From Grus americana (lineage: Eukaryota), in the NCBI RefSeq assembly GCF_028858705.1, contig NC_072852.1, positions 200,260,471 to 200,324,470 of the forward strand: a DNA stretch of 64,000 nt. The letters are read 5' to 3'. The translations under genes were made by a program, and so were the position numbers. Of this stretch, positions 29,000 to 42,261 are shown piece after piece. A model generated the notes under the pieces. That model had not been told where the DNA came from. It saw only the letters and a list, made by a program, of their open reading frames with translations, and ran no database searches. Position 1 is the stretch's first letter. Each line of letters opens with the position of its first letter.

Positions 29000-30470
29000 C
29001 ATCCCAGAATATCTGAGGTTGGAAGGGTGCTGTGGAGATTGTGTGATCCAACTCCCTGTTCAAAGCAGGATCTCGGGCAGAGGAGGTTGCCCAGGACTCT
29101 GTCCGTTTGGGTTTGGTCTCCACAGATAGAGACTCCACAACCTCCCTGGGCTACCTGTGCCAGCGCTTGGTCACCCTCACAGTAACGATGTGTTTCCTGA
29201 TGTTGAGGGAACCTTCCGTGTGTCAGTTTGTGCCCGTTGCCTCTGGTCCTGTCACTGGGCACCACTGGGAAGACTCTGGCTCTGTCATTTTTATACCCTC
29301 TGGTTAGATGTTTATAAATATTTATGAGATTTCACTCCACCTTCCCCAGGCTGAACAGTCCCCACTCTTTCAGCCTTTTATAACATGAAAGATGCTCCAG
29401 TCCCTCAGTTGTCTTCCATTCACTGGACTCCATGTCTCTTGTACTGGGGAGCCCAACACAGGACACAACACTCCAGATGTCTCACCAGTGCTGAGGGGAA
29501 GGATCATCTCTCTCCATCTGCTGGCAACTTTTTGTAGTGCAGTGCAGGATGCCATTGGCCGCCTTTGTGGCCAGGTCACATTCTTTGTTCATGGTGGTTC
29601 TTGGACTTGGTGTTCACCAGGACCCCCAGGTCCTTATCTGCAGAGCTACTTTCAGGCAGTTGGCCTCCAGCCTGTCCTGGTGCCTGGGACTATTCCTCCC
29701 CAGGTGCAGAATTTGGCATTTCCCTCTGTTGAACTTCATGAGAAGATCCCATGGCCCCATTTCTCCGGCCTGTCGAGGTCCCCCTGGCTGGCTGCATTGA
29801 CCCTCTGGTGTATCAGCAGCTCTTCTCTGCTTTGCATCACTTGCAGACTCGCTGAGGATGTGCTCTGTCCCATCAGCCAGGTCTAAATGAAGATGTTGAA
29901 AAGGACTGGCCGCAGTACTGATTCCTGGGTGCTCTGCTGCTTACTGGCCTCCAGCTGTACTTCGTGCCATTGATCACAACCTCCTGGGCCCGGCTGTTAG
30001 GCCAGGTTTGTCCCTCGCATTGTCCACTTATCTAGCCTTTATCTGCTTGTCAGTGGAGATACTGTGGCAGATGGTGTCAAAGGCCTTCCTGAAGTCAAGG
30101 TAGACGACAGCCACTGCTCTCCCCAGATCCATTGACCTGATCATCACGGAGGCTATCGGGTTGGGATCTGTAAGGATTTGCGAATGCCCCCTTTTTGTAA
30201 ATCCATGCTGACTACTGCCAGGTACCTTCTTGTCCTTCTTGGTCTGAAAATAGTTTCCAGGAATAGTTGGTCCATCCCTTTCCCAGGGCCTGCAGTTCCC
30301 TGGGTTGTCCTTCCTGCCCTTCCTGATGATGGGAGTGACATTTGCTTTCCCCCAGTTGCCCTCTCCCAGTTGCCCTTTCAGCAAGAGCGCGCACCCTTGA
30401 GGTGCTGGCAGCCGGCTGCCTCCCGTTGGGCCCAGTGCAGGTAACTTGTGTCCCTAACTGGGACCCTGTT
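29000..30470 (-). mobile_element. CR1 LINE, 5'-truncated, ~1.5 kb (RT-sense on the - strand)
   Basis: The low-coordinate end is the reverse complement of a CR1 tail (cagaatatctgaggttggaagggtgctg...). The - strand track ORF 30028..30384 carries RT motifs (VVYLDFRKAFDTI), and + strand ORF 29392..29886 is the typical antisense-CR1 pseudo-ORF. Confidence 0.8.
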
Positions 30471-32799
30471 ACCTATTTGATATCGGGGGGGCTCAGGAGC
30501 TGGGAAGACTGATATGCACCTTGTTTTGTGGTTTTGCCTTGCCCTTTACTAAGGAGTTCTTGTTATGTTCTAGTTGTAGTAAAATCACAATATCACATAA
30601 TAATATACAATATAGAAATAATCACACAATGCTGTGTAATATACACCAGGCTATGGAAATAAGCCAGCTGCAAGCATTTACTCTCAAAATCAAAGGAAGG
30701 CAATACAATTAAAGCTCTTTATCAGAAAAGTAATAGGAACAGAAAAAACACTTGATTTTTTCAAAGTTTTATTCAAAAGAGGTTTTTCTAGCCAGCTGAC
30801 ATTTTGTCTTGACCATGTAGCTGTTGGGAATTCAGTCTTGCTTGTCCTTAGGTACCAGACTGCCCCTGTGGACTGAGCCGTTTGGGAGCCTTGGCCTTTG
30901 GCAGGCTTCCCAGGCGTCTCAGAATTTTCCTGTCCTCAACTTACAGTTTCCTTCCTGTTAAGGGAAGAGCGGGGCTGAGGTTCCTCAGAGATACAAATGT
31001 TTCTTTCACTGCCTAAATAATGACTCCTTGTCTCAGTGGAGTGATAAAATCCTTTTTCTTTTCCCCATTATTTGTCTGTGTGTGTGCACTTCAGATTGCA
31101 GTGCGAACCTGGCTGACACAGCCTGGTGGCCTAATGAAATTGCTTTAAAAATTGAGGGAAGATTGGATAAAAATGTGAGTGGATTGCATTGTATTTGGGG
31201 CAGAGTGTGTGATAGCTAACTGTTGCTTAACTGTTGCTTAAGATGAGGAGAGTGAGCCAAATCAGTCACACAAGAAGTTACACCTGCTCAGTCTGATCTT
31301 CCTTAGCTTGTTGCCAGCAGCATTTGCAGAGCTGAGAGCTGGCCCTGGTGTGTCACTGCATCCCTTCAGCACTGAAATTAATCTGTACGCAGTTCTGGGC
31401 TCCAACTTCATTTGCAGTGAGATCAAAATGTGCTGTCAGGCTGCCTGGTACTGGGGCTCCTGCACAGTGGTAGAGAATTCCAGGGCACCTCTCAGAAGGG
31501 CTGGCTGGGAAAGCGTTAGCGTTTCCCAGCTCTTTATCCAACTGTACTTGCCAATGCTTTGCTCTGTAGTTGCTATTTGAGCCTTGTTGTTTGCCGTACT
31601 TTGATTACAAAAGCATGGTTTCAAGACAGTTCTCTCTTAAGTATCTGTTGTAACTCCTTAACCTGAATCATACTTATTTCCTGAAAATGTTCTCCCTGGC
31701 ATTAGGTTTCAGTGCAAACTGCTGGTGGCTGTACGCCCTCAGAACTGAGGATGGCTTTCTGCTATACTGTGATTATGTGCAAAACGCTGCTCTTCAAGTT
31801 GGAATTACAAGGACTACCAAGGGTGAGAATATACTTGTGTTGTCGCTCATTAGAGTCCCACCAGCACCCTGGATTGGAAGAGACGCACTGGAAGAGCCTG
31901 AACATGACATCTGCTTGCCACGTTCAAGGTGCCTTTTCTTGTACGAGGACGTAAGTTTTTGTGATGTTGGCTCTTCAGCCCCCGGCAGAGGAGGCAGCAC
32001 CCGCTGTTAAGCAAAGTTGAGCATGTCATAGTAAAGCTTACGTGGCCAACTTGGGTGAGTAACTTGAGGCCTTGACTCCCTTTTTATCTAAAATGTATGG
32101 AAGCAGATTTTCTTTCCAGATCTCCAATACTGGTACTGGGAAATGGTGTTGATAAAAGGTTTAAAGTTTGTACGTGCTACCACAAGAATCAGGGTGAATG
32201 ATATATTAAAAGACTGCTCCTTGGTTAAATGATTGGTTTGGGACTTAAAACCCTTAAATGAGTAAGAAAATATTTTTCAAGCGCTAAGATATGTGACAAG
32301 ATAGTAAAGTGGTGGGGTTTAAAGAAAAAAACAACAGTGTGGATTGTGTTTAAGTTGCAGTAGAGTTTAAAAGAGCACAGAAAGGTTAGGTACCTAGAGA
32401 AAATTGTATGAGCCATCTCACAGCTGAGCAGGACTGGAAGGAAGGGGTAACCAATGGGGAGATTAAAGCTGCAGTAAGATTTCACTGTCCACGCAGTTAA
32501 GTCTGAGTTGGAAGTTGTGATAAAATACCTGCTGTCTTAATGCAGTCCAGTAAAAAGATGAAAACCAAAAACCATGAATGAATTGAATAATGAAGAATGC
32601 ATTTTGATGCAATGACATTTTAACATTGCACTGTAATGTATCACCAGTTTTCAGGTTTTTTGTATCAAAACCATTTCAAATTAATCTATGAATAACAGGA
32701 TGTTTATTTTCCATTTCCTGAAAGCAGCAAGGCAGTGAACATGAAATTGAGGGCCTGACAGGAACCTCACCGAGTTCAACCAAGGCAAATGCACAGCCC

Positions 32800-33190
32800 T
32801 ACGGTGGGTACTGAATGACTTGATGTTGCGCAGCCTGGGCATAGAGCGGTTGTGAAGAGGCTTTGCAGAAGCTGATCTGGGCATCCTGAGGGACAAGTGA
32901 CACTGAAGGTGTCCAACCCCACCCTGAGCAGGGGTGAGGAAAGCAATCGTTCCTCTGTTCAGCACTTCCCAGACTGCAGTTGGAGAGCTGTGACCAGTTC
33001 TGGGCTCCCAAAGACCAGCTGTACATGGGAACAAGTCCAGTGGAGGCCACCAAGATGCTCAGGAGGTTGGTGCATAGAAGCCATGGGGACAGGACAGTGG
33101 GTCTGTTCAGTCTTGGAAGCAGGAGCTTGGGGTAGGCAATCTCACTTCAGCTGGGTTAACAGAAGGGGGTAGAAAAGATGGAGCCAGGCT
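32800..33190 (+). mobile_element. Old, diverged CR1-like fragment (ORF2 C-terminal region)
   Basis: It has weak but recognisable similarity to the CR1 region ...cagttctgggctcccaa...tacaagaaagac...ggagcggctgagggaactggggttgtttagcctggagaag... The call is low confidence because the copy is highly diverged. Confidence 0.35.
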
Positions 33191-34487
33191 CATCTTTGCA
33201 CTGCACAGTAATGAAGAAGTGTCCTGTAATTCTCAGTGTATCTAAGTGTTGTATCATGCTGCTAATAAAAGTAGTGCAAGCCAGTACTGTCTCGCTGTAC
33301 TTCAATTGGTCTCCCCACACTGTGAAACCACGGGGAGTTTCTGGTCACCCTTCTGAAGGGTGAATGCAGGGGACCCATCTGGGGGGCTGTGTGGGGTGAA
33401 GTTCCCTTGTGGTTTAGGGATCTTCACCCTCCTGTTTATAGAAATATGGACTCTTCCAATATTAAGACAGTAGAGCTGACAGATCCAGGACAGCAAGGCA
33501 AACTTCAAATGCTGGCACATCTCCTGTGCAAACCTTTCCAGTCAGGATGGCTCAACTGGCTTGGTAAAGCCTTTAAACAAACCAAAAAAATATGCACATA
33601 AGCATGGCCTGTGCAGGCTGTGGCTCAGGCTGTGGGGGTTTGTGGCAGGGATGAGAGCAGCTTTCTCCCCATATGGATGATCATGTGCAACTGCTGTAGA
33701 AGCTCCATGTTACAGAGGGAAACTCCAGCAAAACTGAAGACCCTGCACAATGCATTCCTGTAGCAATGCTGTCTCAGCTGCCATGCTCCCAGACTGCCAC
33801 TGCTCTGCAGGACTGACCTAAAGGACAGAGGTTTTACACTGGCTGTGGCAAATAGCAATAACAGAATTATAGCAAGCAGAAGCAGGACGTTTTAGGAAAC
33901 CCCCAGGCACTTCAAGCAACCCTAGCTGGCCAAGATGGCAGCTGCGCTCTCTGCTGTCTCTTCTTCCATCTATTCAGACAGCTTGCTTCCCTCCAGACTG
34001 ATCAAAAACCATCTCATTTTTGAAAGGGTGCAGAAAGCACAGAGGACCTGTGATGAAGTCAGCTGCATCACCCCACCACCCTTCAGCCAGGAACACAACT
34101 GCTGATAATGTAGCAGTGAGGTAATGAATCCAAGGTCTCAGAACAATGTATTGCCATTGCAGTTTATAGTAACAGTTTATAGCTGCAAATACTTCAAAGG
34201 TCTTTCTCCACCAAGTGGTTTTTATTGCAGCTACTTTCTCTTCATCCTTTGTCCACCAAGACCTTTTTCTTAGCAATTGGATAAAACCCATGTAATAAAA
34301 TCAGACAAAAACCAGCTTCAAACATCTTTTCATATGCCTTTTATGCATCGTCAGTAGGGGTTTTGAGTTTATATCACCAACCAAAAGAGAAAGATGGCTG
34401 CAAAATCCATCCCTTAATAAAACCATCATGAACCCAAATTTTATTCCCATGTTCTGTCAACTTCCTCCCTCTCTCCTAAATGTCTCA

Positions 34488-34570
34488 AGGAAAAAAAAAA
34501 AAAAACCACAAACAAAAAAACCAGAAACTAAAACCCCAAACAAAAGAAACCCCCAAAATCAACAGCCTTT
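34488..34570. repeat. A/C-rich low-complexity tract
   Basis: The sequence is aaaaaaaaaaaaaaccacaaacaaaaaaaccagaaactaaaaccccaaacaaaagaaacccccaaaatcaacagcc. Confidence 0.9.
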
Positions 34571-36600
34571 GACAAACTACTTGCTATGTCAACTCCTGGA
34601 GCATTACTTGACATTTTTAGGTAAGACTGTACAACAGTTTCTAAATAGCATCTATATTCTATGGACATTTGTTCAAAAGCATTTTGTCCCCAACTTGAAC
34701 AGCTCAAACATTGACACTGATGCATATGTGCTGTACAGAGCTCATCATGCACGCACCACACTGTTACGTGTACAATACAGGAGTAACAGGACAGGGTAGC
34801 CACGTACATGAAAACTATCACTCCACCATTAGGCAATGCTTACGAATATCCCCTTTCCTTATTCATCCTCCATGGTTGTGCACAGTGACTGAAAGAAATA
34901 CAGCTATGCAAAGTCCCAGGTGCTAGCAGTGACAGACCTGATCCTCAGGCAGTGCTTTTCATGCATTACAGGTGTGCACACTTTGCAAAATGAGGTATCT
35001 AATAACTTATTTCAGAGAGGTGTAGGGAACAAGTCTGTTCAAACCCAGACTTGTTAAAGTCCCCTTAATACTGTTTGCAAAAAAGACAGGCAACTACTCT
35101 ACAGCCAGAAATGAGTATTTGTACATCGTGCTGCTGTTCTAGTTTTCTATAGCTTAATGTGACATTTCACAAAATTGAAATAGTGTGCTTTGTTACTTAC
35201 TCATTTGGCATTTCTTAAATATAAAGTTTTAAACTTTCAAGAACCAAAAATCAAAAAACTGGTTAATTGAACTTTATATTAAAAAGTCACAGTTCTTAAA
35301 AGGATACTTAATAGAGCTGCACCATTTTGATGGTGAGCAATCAAATACATTATGAATTTATCCACAATAGTTTTGCTAATCATCTAGGCACATAGTGGCA
35401 CGTAAACTACACGTAGCAACCAGAACAGCAAAGGCACAATCTGGTTTGTGGGGTTTTTTTTGTTTTGTTTTTTTTTTTAATATCTTTTCAAGATGTTGTT
35501 TAATTTACAAAGAAAAATATTCTATACTTCATGCACAAGTATTACATTTGTATTTTATAGCACAGGACCATTACAGAACTGTTGTCGTCTGATAAAGTGG
35601 GTCATTTAAATAAAAATAAAAAAAAAGATAGCAGCTGTTTGTACTGAGGAACTGAATTTCTGAATTACAGGACAACACATGTTCTCATCTGTCAGGCTGA
35701 GAACATCTGAAGACCTCTGTGAATCTTCTTGTCTACAGAAAGCACTGCCTGCACGTTTAAGGTAGTTATAAGTTTTCTGGGTTTTTTTCACCCTGTATTT
35801 GTTTTCCCCATGTTGCTTGACTAAGAACTTAAAAGTTAAGATGTCTGTAAACTATCAGTTGCTTCTCTAATCCAAAAGTAGTTTTAAAACAACACTGATT
35901 GATAGAAGTAGGAACCTGACTGCGACCCTATGAGTGGGGCCTGTTCAGCTTTGTTCATACCTGCAGCCTTCACTGTGTTTGTTCACTTGTACAAAGGGAA
36001 TCACTCGCTCTAAGCGTAACTGCTTTCTCAGTGGGAGACAGCAGCAGGAAGAGTTTCAGACCAGAACACAGCCCTCAGCAATTCAAAGTTAAATCTAACA
36101 CAGTGACTTCAAAGTGTAACTTCTGCACACAGCTCCAAGAATATGACAGTTCTGCAGTTTATGTAGAAATGTTACAGTTAGAGTAAGTAAAAAAATTTTA
36201 GTTTACAAATGGAAAAGATCTATTAAAAAAGACATTTCATGTAGTTATCTTAAATAGTTCTTATATGCACCATTCCACATTGTGGAAAAGCTGAAATATG
36301 AAGTCTGGACTCCACAAGTTAAAGAAAAACAGAATTATATGTATTGGCACAAATACTTACATCTACATCTGTACAAAGTAAAAAAGCTGACAACCCTGTC
36401 CCACCAGTGCAGCGTACCAAACTGCTCTCCAACACATGCTTTCCTACGTGACTGCCAATGAGTGACAGTGAGATGGGAACTCGGTCTTAAGAGTGCGGTG
36501 CCAAAAAAAGTTCCAAACTGCTTTCTCAGTCTCTGAACAGAAGAATCAGAAGTGTATCCAAAAAGGCATCAGTCCACTCAACATGCTCGCAGCTGTGAGG

Positions 36601-36642
36601 TCACTGCAACTGCACTCGATACGCTCCTATTAGCAGCTTTAC
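36601..36642 (-). CDS. MPHOSPH8: MPHOSPH8 terminal coding segment (VKLLIGAYRVQLQ*), with the 3'UTR continuing to lower coordinates
   Basis: Acceptor tttgcttttacag|gtaaag. The translation VKLLIGAYRVQLQ followed by TGA matches the human MPP8 C-terminus as I remember it. The 3'UTR end is undetermined. Confidence 0.8.
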   Translation of the reverse strand, partial: VKLLIGAYRVQLQ

Positions 36643-37562
36643 CTGTAAAAGCAAACAAAGGTTTCATACGAGGATTGTTCACAGGTAACTACTGTGTTAA
36701 ACACTTCTAATACAGTAGCATGAGAAAAGGCATACAGCTGCTAGTGACTGAGAAAGAAAAAAAAAGAGAAAGGAATTTACAATCTGTGTTCAATAAAATC
36801 AGTTTGTAATAGCTCTGCTGAAATAGGAATGGCTTGTAAAAGGACACACTACTGCATTTGGTGGTGGTTCAACAAGTTAGCCCCAAATCTGAACTAGACT
36901 ACACATACACATGTACTTCCATCTGAATACAGGTTCATTCCCCCCCCCCCTTTTTTTTTAAAAAAGTGCACACTAAAACATTTGAAGAGTTTTAAGTTTT
37001 AACTCTGAAGAGCTAGAAAATTTACTGGTGTGTCTTCCAAGGACAAAATAAATGCTACCAGAACAGGATCTGTTATTCATCTTGCAACATGTAGTGGAAC
37101 TACTGCCCAAACCACCTGGAAAATACAACACACTACACAGACTATTTAAAAGCAGACTGCACATCCTAGTAAATACTTCCAAGTTCTCCTAAACACACAA
37201 ACAAAAACATCTGTATGCAAAAAATAACTGACAATACATGTATCTGTTAGTCATTAAATTCCCAATATAGGTGGGGAAAATGTTTAGCTGTAATGTTACT
37301 TTATCCTGGTGCATGAATTATTCTGACTGCAGCATAAAAACATTTAATTATGACAGAACTAGCACCCGTGGCATGTTCCTAAGTTCTGGCAATGTCACAG
37401 GATGGAACTGTAACTGATGGGAACTGGGATGAGGAGATGGTGGGAAGTCCTTAGTTTTACATTTGCAACATACAACTAGAAGCATTTAGACTATGGAAGA
37501 GTTATTGTACAACAGCTTAACATACACATTTAATTACGAAAACATTCTGTACCTTGGCAGTG

Positions 37563-37646
37563 GGAGCTTCTGCCAACCGTATAAAAAGCTTGTTAAGGCC
37601 TGCAGTAGGGTTGAAGGAATAAATAAAGTGACTATCCTAAAAGGAA
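37563..37646 (-). CDS. MPHOSPH8: MPHOSPH8 exon (DSHFIYSFNPTAGLNKLFIRLAEAPTAK)
   Basis: Acceptor ttttccttttag|gatagt and donor gccaag|gtacag. It matches human DSHFVYSFSPVAGPNKLFIRLTEAPSAK. Confidence 0.8.
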
Positions 37647-37999
37647 AAAGAAAATGGACAAAGTTAATTGCAGGATCTGGCTGGAAGTCCTATACAAGTG
37701 GACTAATGACATTTTCACTATGCATTTTTTGAAGTTGTGTATACTGCAAAGAACCTTTGGTGCAACCATAGAGAAAACAAGAGGACTTGAAAATTGTACA
37801 GAGTGATGATTAATAGGTTTAAAACCCAATACTAATAAAAAAAGATAATAATAATTAGAAATATTAGGTAGGTTGTTAAAATCAATATTTAAGAACTTAG
37901 TTGGGTTAAAAATTTGAGAGGCTAGGTGAATTTGAGCAATGAAACAGCTTTAAATCCAGAATTCTCACCTGCCTGCTCAAACCCTCAGTTCTGAAGCCA

Positions 38000-38112
38000 C
38001 CGAATCACAGAAGGGCTGAGGTTGGAGGGGACCTCTCAAAGCCACCTGGTCCAACACCCTGCCCAAGCAGGGCTGCCCAGAAGCAGGCTGTCCAGCACTA
38101 CAACCCTGCCTT
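38000..38112 (-). mobile_element. CR1 3' tail fragment (reverse complement)
   Basis: The sequence atcacagaagggctgaggttggaggggacctctcaaagccacctggtccaacaccctgcccaagcagggctgcccag is the reverse complement of a CR1 3'UTR. Confidence 0.7.
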
Positions 38113-38327
38113 TAAAGTCATAAATTTTTATGGAGTCTAGTACACGCAAGGTTTGTAGTTCTCTCCATATACAAAGAAGAATTAAGTTTCATTTAAAAAA
38201 AGCCCCATCACGATAAAAACGCTTCATCACAATACACAAAATCCAAATTAAGGCACCAAGATTTCTCAGGCTGCTCCATAGAGACTTTGTAAAATTGCTT
38301 TATAGTCAGTTATACGAAAAGATTTAC

Positions 38328-38455
38328 CAAAAATACAGGGAGCTGGAATTTGTCGTTTAAAACCACAGCTTGTACGCTACATGGTCCACAGAGCCGAGCA
38401 ACAACTTCTTTACCAAAGAAATTTGAATGGAAAACAAATAGAAGAATTCCAGATC
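38328..38455 (-). CDS. MPHOSPH8: MPHOSPH8 exon (GSGILLFVFHSNFFGKEVVARLCGPCSVQAVVLNDKFQLPVFL)
   Basis: Acceptor ttccttttcag|gatctg and donor ttttg|gtaaat. It matches human GSGILLFIFHANFLGKEVIARLCGPCSVQAVVLNDKFQLPVFL. This exon is too short to appear in the track and was found by manual reverse-complement translation. Confidence 0.82.
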
Positions 38456-39591
38456 CTGAAAAGGAAGGCAATTCAGTCACACGAATTTGAAATGAGATCC
38501 ATTACTTAGAACAACTGCATACACTAAACCTTTGAAGACAGTTAGGTAGAAATACATATATAAATATAAATATTATATAGTATATATTAAACGCCAACGG
38601 AGTATCAAAGCAACATGCAGAAATCCAATCTCCCAAGCCAGTGGATCCCAGCACAGAACACAACTCACTTGGGCACAAAGTTAAGGTCTTTTGGCAGCAG
38701 AAATAATTTTATGTGACTATTAGAAAGGAAAGCAAAAGGGATACAGCAATCCTTGGTACGGTTCACCTCTGTGGTTTTAGGTTTACCTAACAGAGTTATG
38801 GAATTTATTGGGGTTTGGGTTGTCTGTTCTCTTAGTAAGGACAACTGAGCCCAGTCAATTATAGATCTTTATGAACTGCACTGAAATTCAATAAGCAACA
38901 ATTTTCAATACCCACAAATGCCTCATTTTAATACAAAAACTTATATAAGGTTTCTTAATTCTATCAAGGATACCTATAATCAAGAACTGGAAGACTTACA
39001 TTACAACTCTTAACAACCAGAAAACCAGACAGACACAACCACTTTCAGTCTTAGTTTAAGTAGTGTTTCACAGTCACATTAATGTATTATTTTGAGAAAA
39101 ATCATTATCAGTAGGCGTTTCCCTGATATCCTCAAAAGGTGAATTAAAACTACTAAACTAAGCCAAGTATCAAAGATCAATATTTGGATTCCTGAAAGAC
39201 CGAAGAAATATTCCCAAGTATCTCAGGAATTTGATTCCGAGCTTTTTCAAAGGGTCTGTGGGCGAAACAAAATTGATTGATGCTGGCTTCTTTTTTGTAG
39301 TATTTCTAGACTACATGCGTGTCATGGTAGTGCTGTGACTGTACTCCAAGACTCCAGTGCATTAGGTACTGTCTACAAAACAAGATAATCCTCTATGAGA
39401 TTTTCTAAGTATGCTCTTAGATGAAAATTTTTCAAAATTATGAATTCTAAGGTAAACCACTCCTTTCCTATAATACCTGGCACTTAGCTAACGTAACCCT
39501 CCCAAAGCTACTGTAACCCCTGAACAGAAGCAAGAAGCTGTGTATGTGGCAATTAAAAAAGAAAAAAAACTTTTAAAAATATGAGGGTGGT

Positions 39592-39776
39592 GAGGCACTG
39601 GAAGAGGTTGCCCAGAGAAGCTGTGGCTGCCCCCTCCCTGGAAGTGTTCAAGGCCAGGTTGGATGGGGCTTTGGGCAACGTGGTCTAGTGGAGGGGGTCC
39701 CTGCCCATGGCAGGGGGGTTGGAACTAGATGGTCTTTGAGGTCCCTTCCAACCCAAACCATTCTAGGATTCTATGA
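39592..39776 (+). mobile_element. CR1 LINE 3' end
   Basis: The sequence gtggtgaggcactggaagaggttgcccagagaagctgtgg...gtccctgcccatggcaggggggttggaactagatggtctttgaggtcccttccaacccaaaccattctaggattctatga is a CR1 terminus. Confidence 0.9.
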
Positions 39777-39980
39777 AACCCCACCCACAATGCATTAACA
39801 TATCACTGCTCTCCCTATACTCCAGCATCAGAGCATCCTTAATGTAACGTACTGCAGTAAGTCATACAAAAATAATTCTGCATCATTGCAGATACTTAAA
39901 GGCAGTTCCTTAGCGTATTGTTATACATTTCTTTTTTTTTAAAACAAACAAAAAACCCACCACAACAATGAACCCCCTAC

Positions 39981-40135
39981 CTTCTGGCACATTTTGGGGG
40001 GGTTTATAATTAAAATCCGTAGAAAAGTCTGGCCCTTCACAGAGACGATGACACGCAATTGGAAAGACTGGCTCCAGCAAAGCAAGACGAGCTTCAAAAT
40101 AATCCCTGATGGTATCTTCTGCTACTCTTGTGAGC
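39981..40135 (-). CDS. MPHOSPH8: MPHOSPH8 exon (LTRVAEDTIRDYFEARLALLEPVFPIACHRLCEGPDFSTDFNYKPPQNVPE)
   Basis: The frame is that of track ORF 39910..40194. Acceptor ggtcttttag|gctc and donor cagaag|gtaggg. It is near-identical to the human MPP8 C-terminal region LSRVAEETIKDYFEARLALLEPVFPIACHRLCEGPDFSTDFNYKPPQNIPE. Confidence 0.88.
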
Positions 40136-42261
40136 CTAAAAGACCAAACGAGTGAGGCCTGTACTTCACACAGTAAAATGACTTTACCAGACACACACTT
40201 AGCAAAAGCTGATGCAAAACAGGATTTCAGATCACCATTTTGGATTCCCAGTTTTCAGGAGTAAATGCCTTCATCACCAGCATTTATGCATAGATGAACC
40301 CCAGGTCCCAATACTTCATTAACAAAACATTTTATCAGTGATCTGTTTGTGAAATTCATCTATCAGGTCCACAAAAACAAAAAGCTGAGACAAGTGCACT
40401 GCAGCAGATTAAAAAAATTCCAACTAGCCACGTATTTTGAAGGCTCTTTTTGTAGAATGATGCCCCCGAAACGTCAGTATGTACCTCATGGCTAAACGGA
40501 AACAGACAACCACTTCCCCAGTGTGGCTGATTTATGAACCTGACTGCAAGTACAATGTAAAAATAAACAAATAAGTCACTCTATAATTTTACTGGCAATA
40601 CTACTGGAAAAATGCAGTTCCCAGTTAAACTCTACTAATAATGCAGTGAAAAAGTAGCAACACTACCATTAAATAGCCAAACTGGGGTTTTTGTTTGTTT
40701 TTTTGGGTTGGGGAAAGGGGGGAGGGTTTAAATTTAAGCGAGCAGCCTAGCCTTCAAAGAGAGACCACATTAGCCACCAGTATTTGGCACCTTTACAAGC
40801 AGGTTACTAAGCAATCCTCTTCAGAAAGCTGTTTTGACACAAATGGGTTTTAAATGCTTTTGCAAGGCAGAGGTCCTGACTCTCAGCTTTGTAGCTTTTT
40901 CAGCTATTAGTCTGAGCACACCTACCCTCCAAGCTAGCTCAGATTACCATCTGCAGAATCTAAAACTTAAGTGTTTGATCAGAAAGAAGCCACAAGAATT
41001 GCCATACCAAAACAAGCCTGGAAACCCATCTATTCTAGTTTCCAGATGCTAAACAAAGCCATATTAAATATGGGAAATTAAACAGCTGTCTTTTTTTGGT
41101 ATACTGTCCTAGTTTCCAGCATTTAGAGGTGTCCAGAACTACAGACTGAAGGCAAATCGCACCTCTCCTTAGATCTACTTAATCCCTTCTAAAATCCCAT
41201 GCATTTCTGACCACAGCATTCTGCAACAGTGAGATCCATAATTAAGTTTTTCTGTGCAAAAATATTCCTCCATTTCAAACCTATCACCAAATCATTTAAC
41301 AGGATGGCCTACAGAACCTGTCTCATGGCTTTGGGTTACTTTCTGTAGTTGTTTTCTGATTTTATTTTCAATTTTGACATTTTAATCTATCCCAAGGTGA
41401 CGTGTATCACCTTCCTTGGTCTGTCCTCACAGAAGCTGCTCCATATGTCTGATCATCTTTACTCTTCCTTTTTTGCTTCATCTGTTTTTGAAACAAGGTA
41501 ACTGGAAAGGCACATGCTATTTAGGGCATTTGGACATCATGCATTTACATTTTATTTTCAGCTCCACTACTACTACATTATCTTTTTGACAGACAAGCAG
41601 CACTGAACTGGTATTTTCAGGTAATGGAGCCTAGAAGCTTCCTCAATTGGCAAGAGCTGTGTTACTCCCTGGGTAATTCACATTACTATGGTGATACCCC
41701 AGGGACATCACTTTGCACTTATCAATATTTAATTTCAATGGCCATTTCACTGGCAAAATTACGTGCTCAATATCTTCCAAAACTCATTATTCAGATTAGC
41801 CAAAACTGAAGGTGGCAGATTTTAAATAAGAAACAAACTGGAAAAGGCATCAAATAGTGAATGAGTGACAGAGTTTCACCACACTGAGCAGCAGGTACCA
41901 GATCACTTTTATCTGCATGCTTGCTGTTGCCTTCAAAGCTTTAACTCCCAAGTCATGACTTCCTTCTGTGGGGAAGGATCAACATACTCCATTTATCCAC
42001 TCCAACTGCCCCTGCTCACTTTAAGAAGTTTTCGATGTTTGAAAAATTATTATTAATTTTTATGCTTTTAGCACTTCTGTCCCCCATGTAGCCTGCTAGA
42101 AAACTTTCCTTATAGCTTCTATCTGCTCAGGACAGAAGTTTGATGCAGCGATCTACAGTATCTCAGACAAGCCTTACAGTGCATTAAAAATACTGCCATC
42201 ACAATACTTTCCTCCCAGTATGAAAAACACATTAGTTCAGCAAAAATCAGCAGCACAAAGT

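Noticed and set aside
38150-38260. A - strand reading frame DSIKIYDFKGRVVVLDS... that superficially continues the MPHOSPH8 frame downstream of the exon at 38.3 kb
   Set aside because: It overlaps a CR1 tail fragment and does not match the MPP8 sequence. The true next exons were found at 37563-37646 (DSHFIYSFNPTAG...) and 36601-36642.
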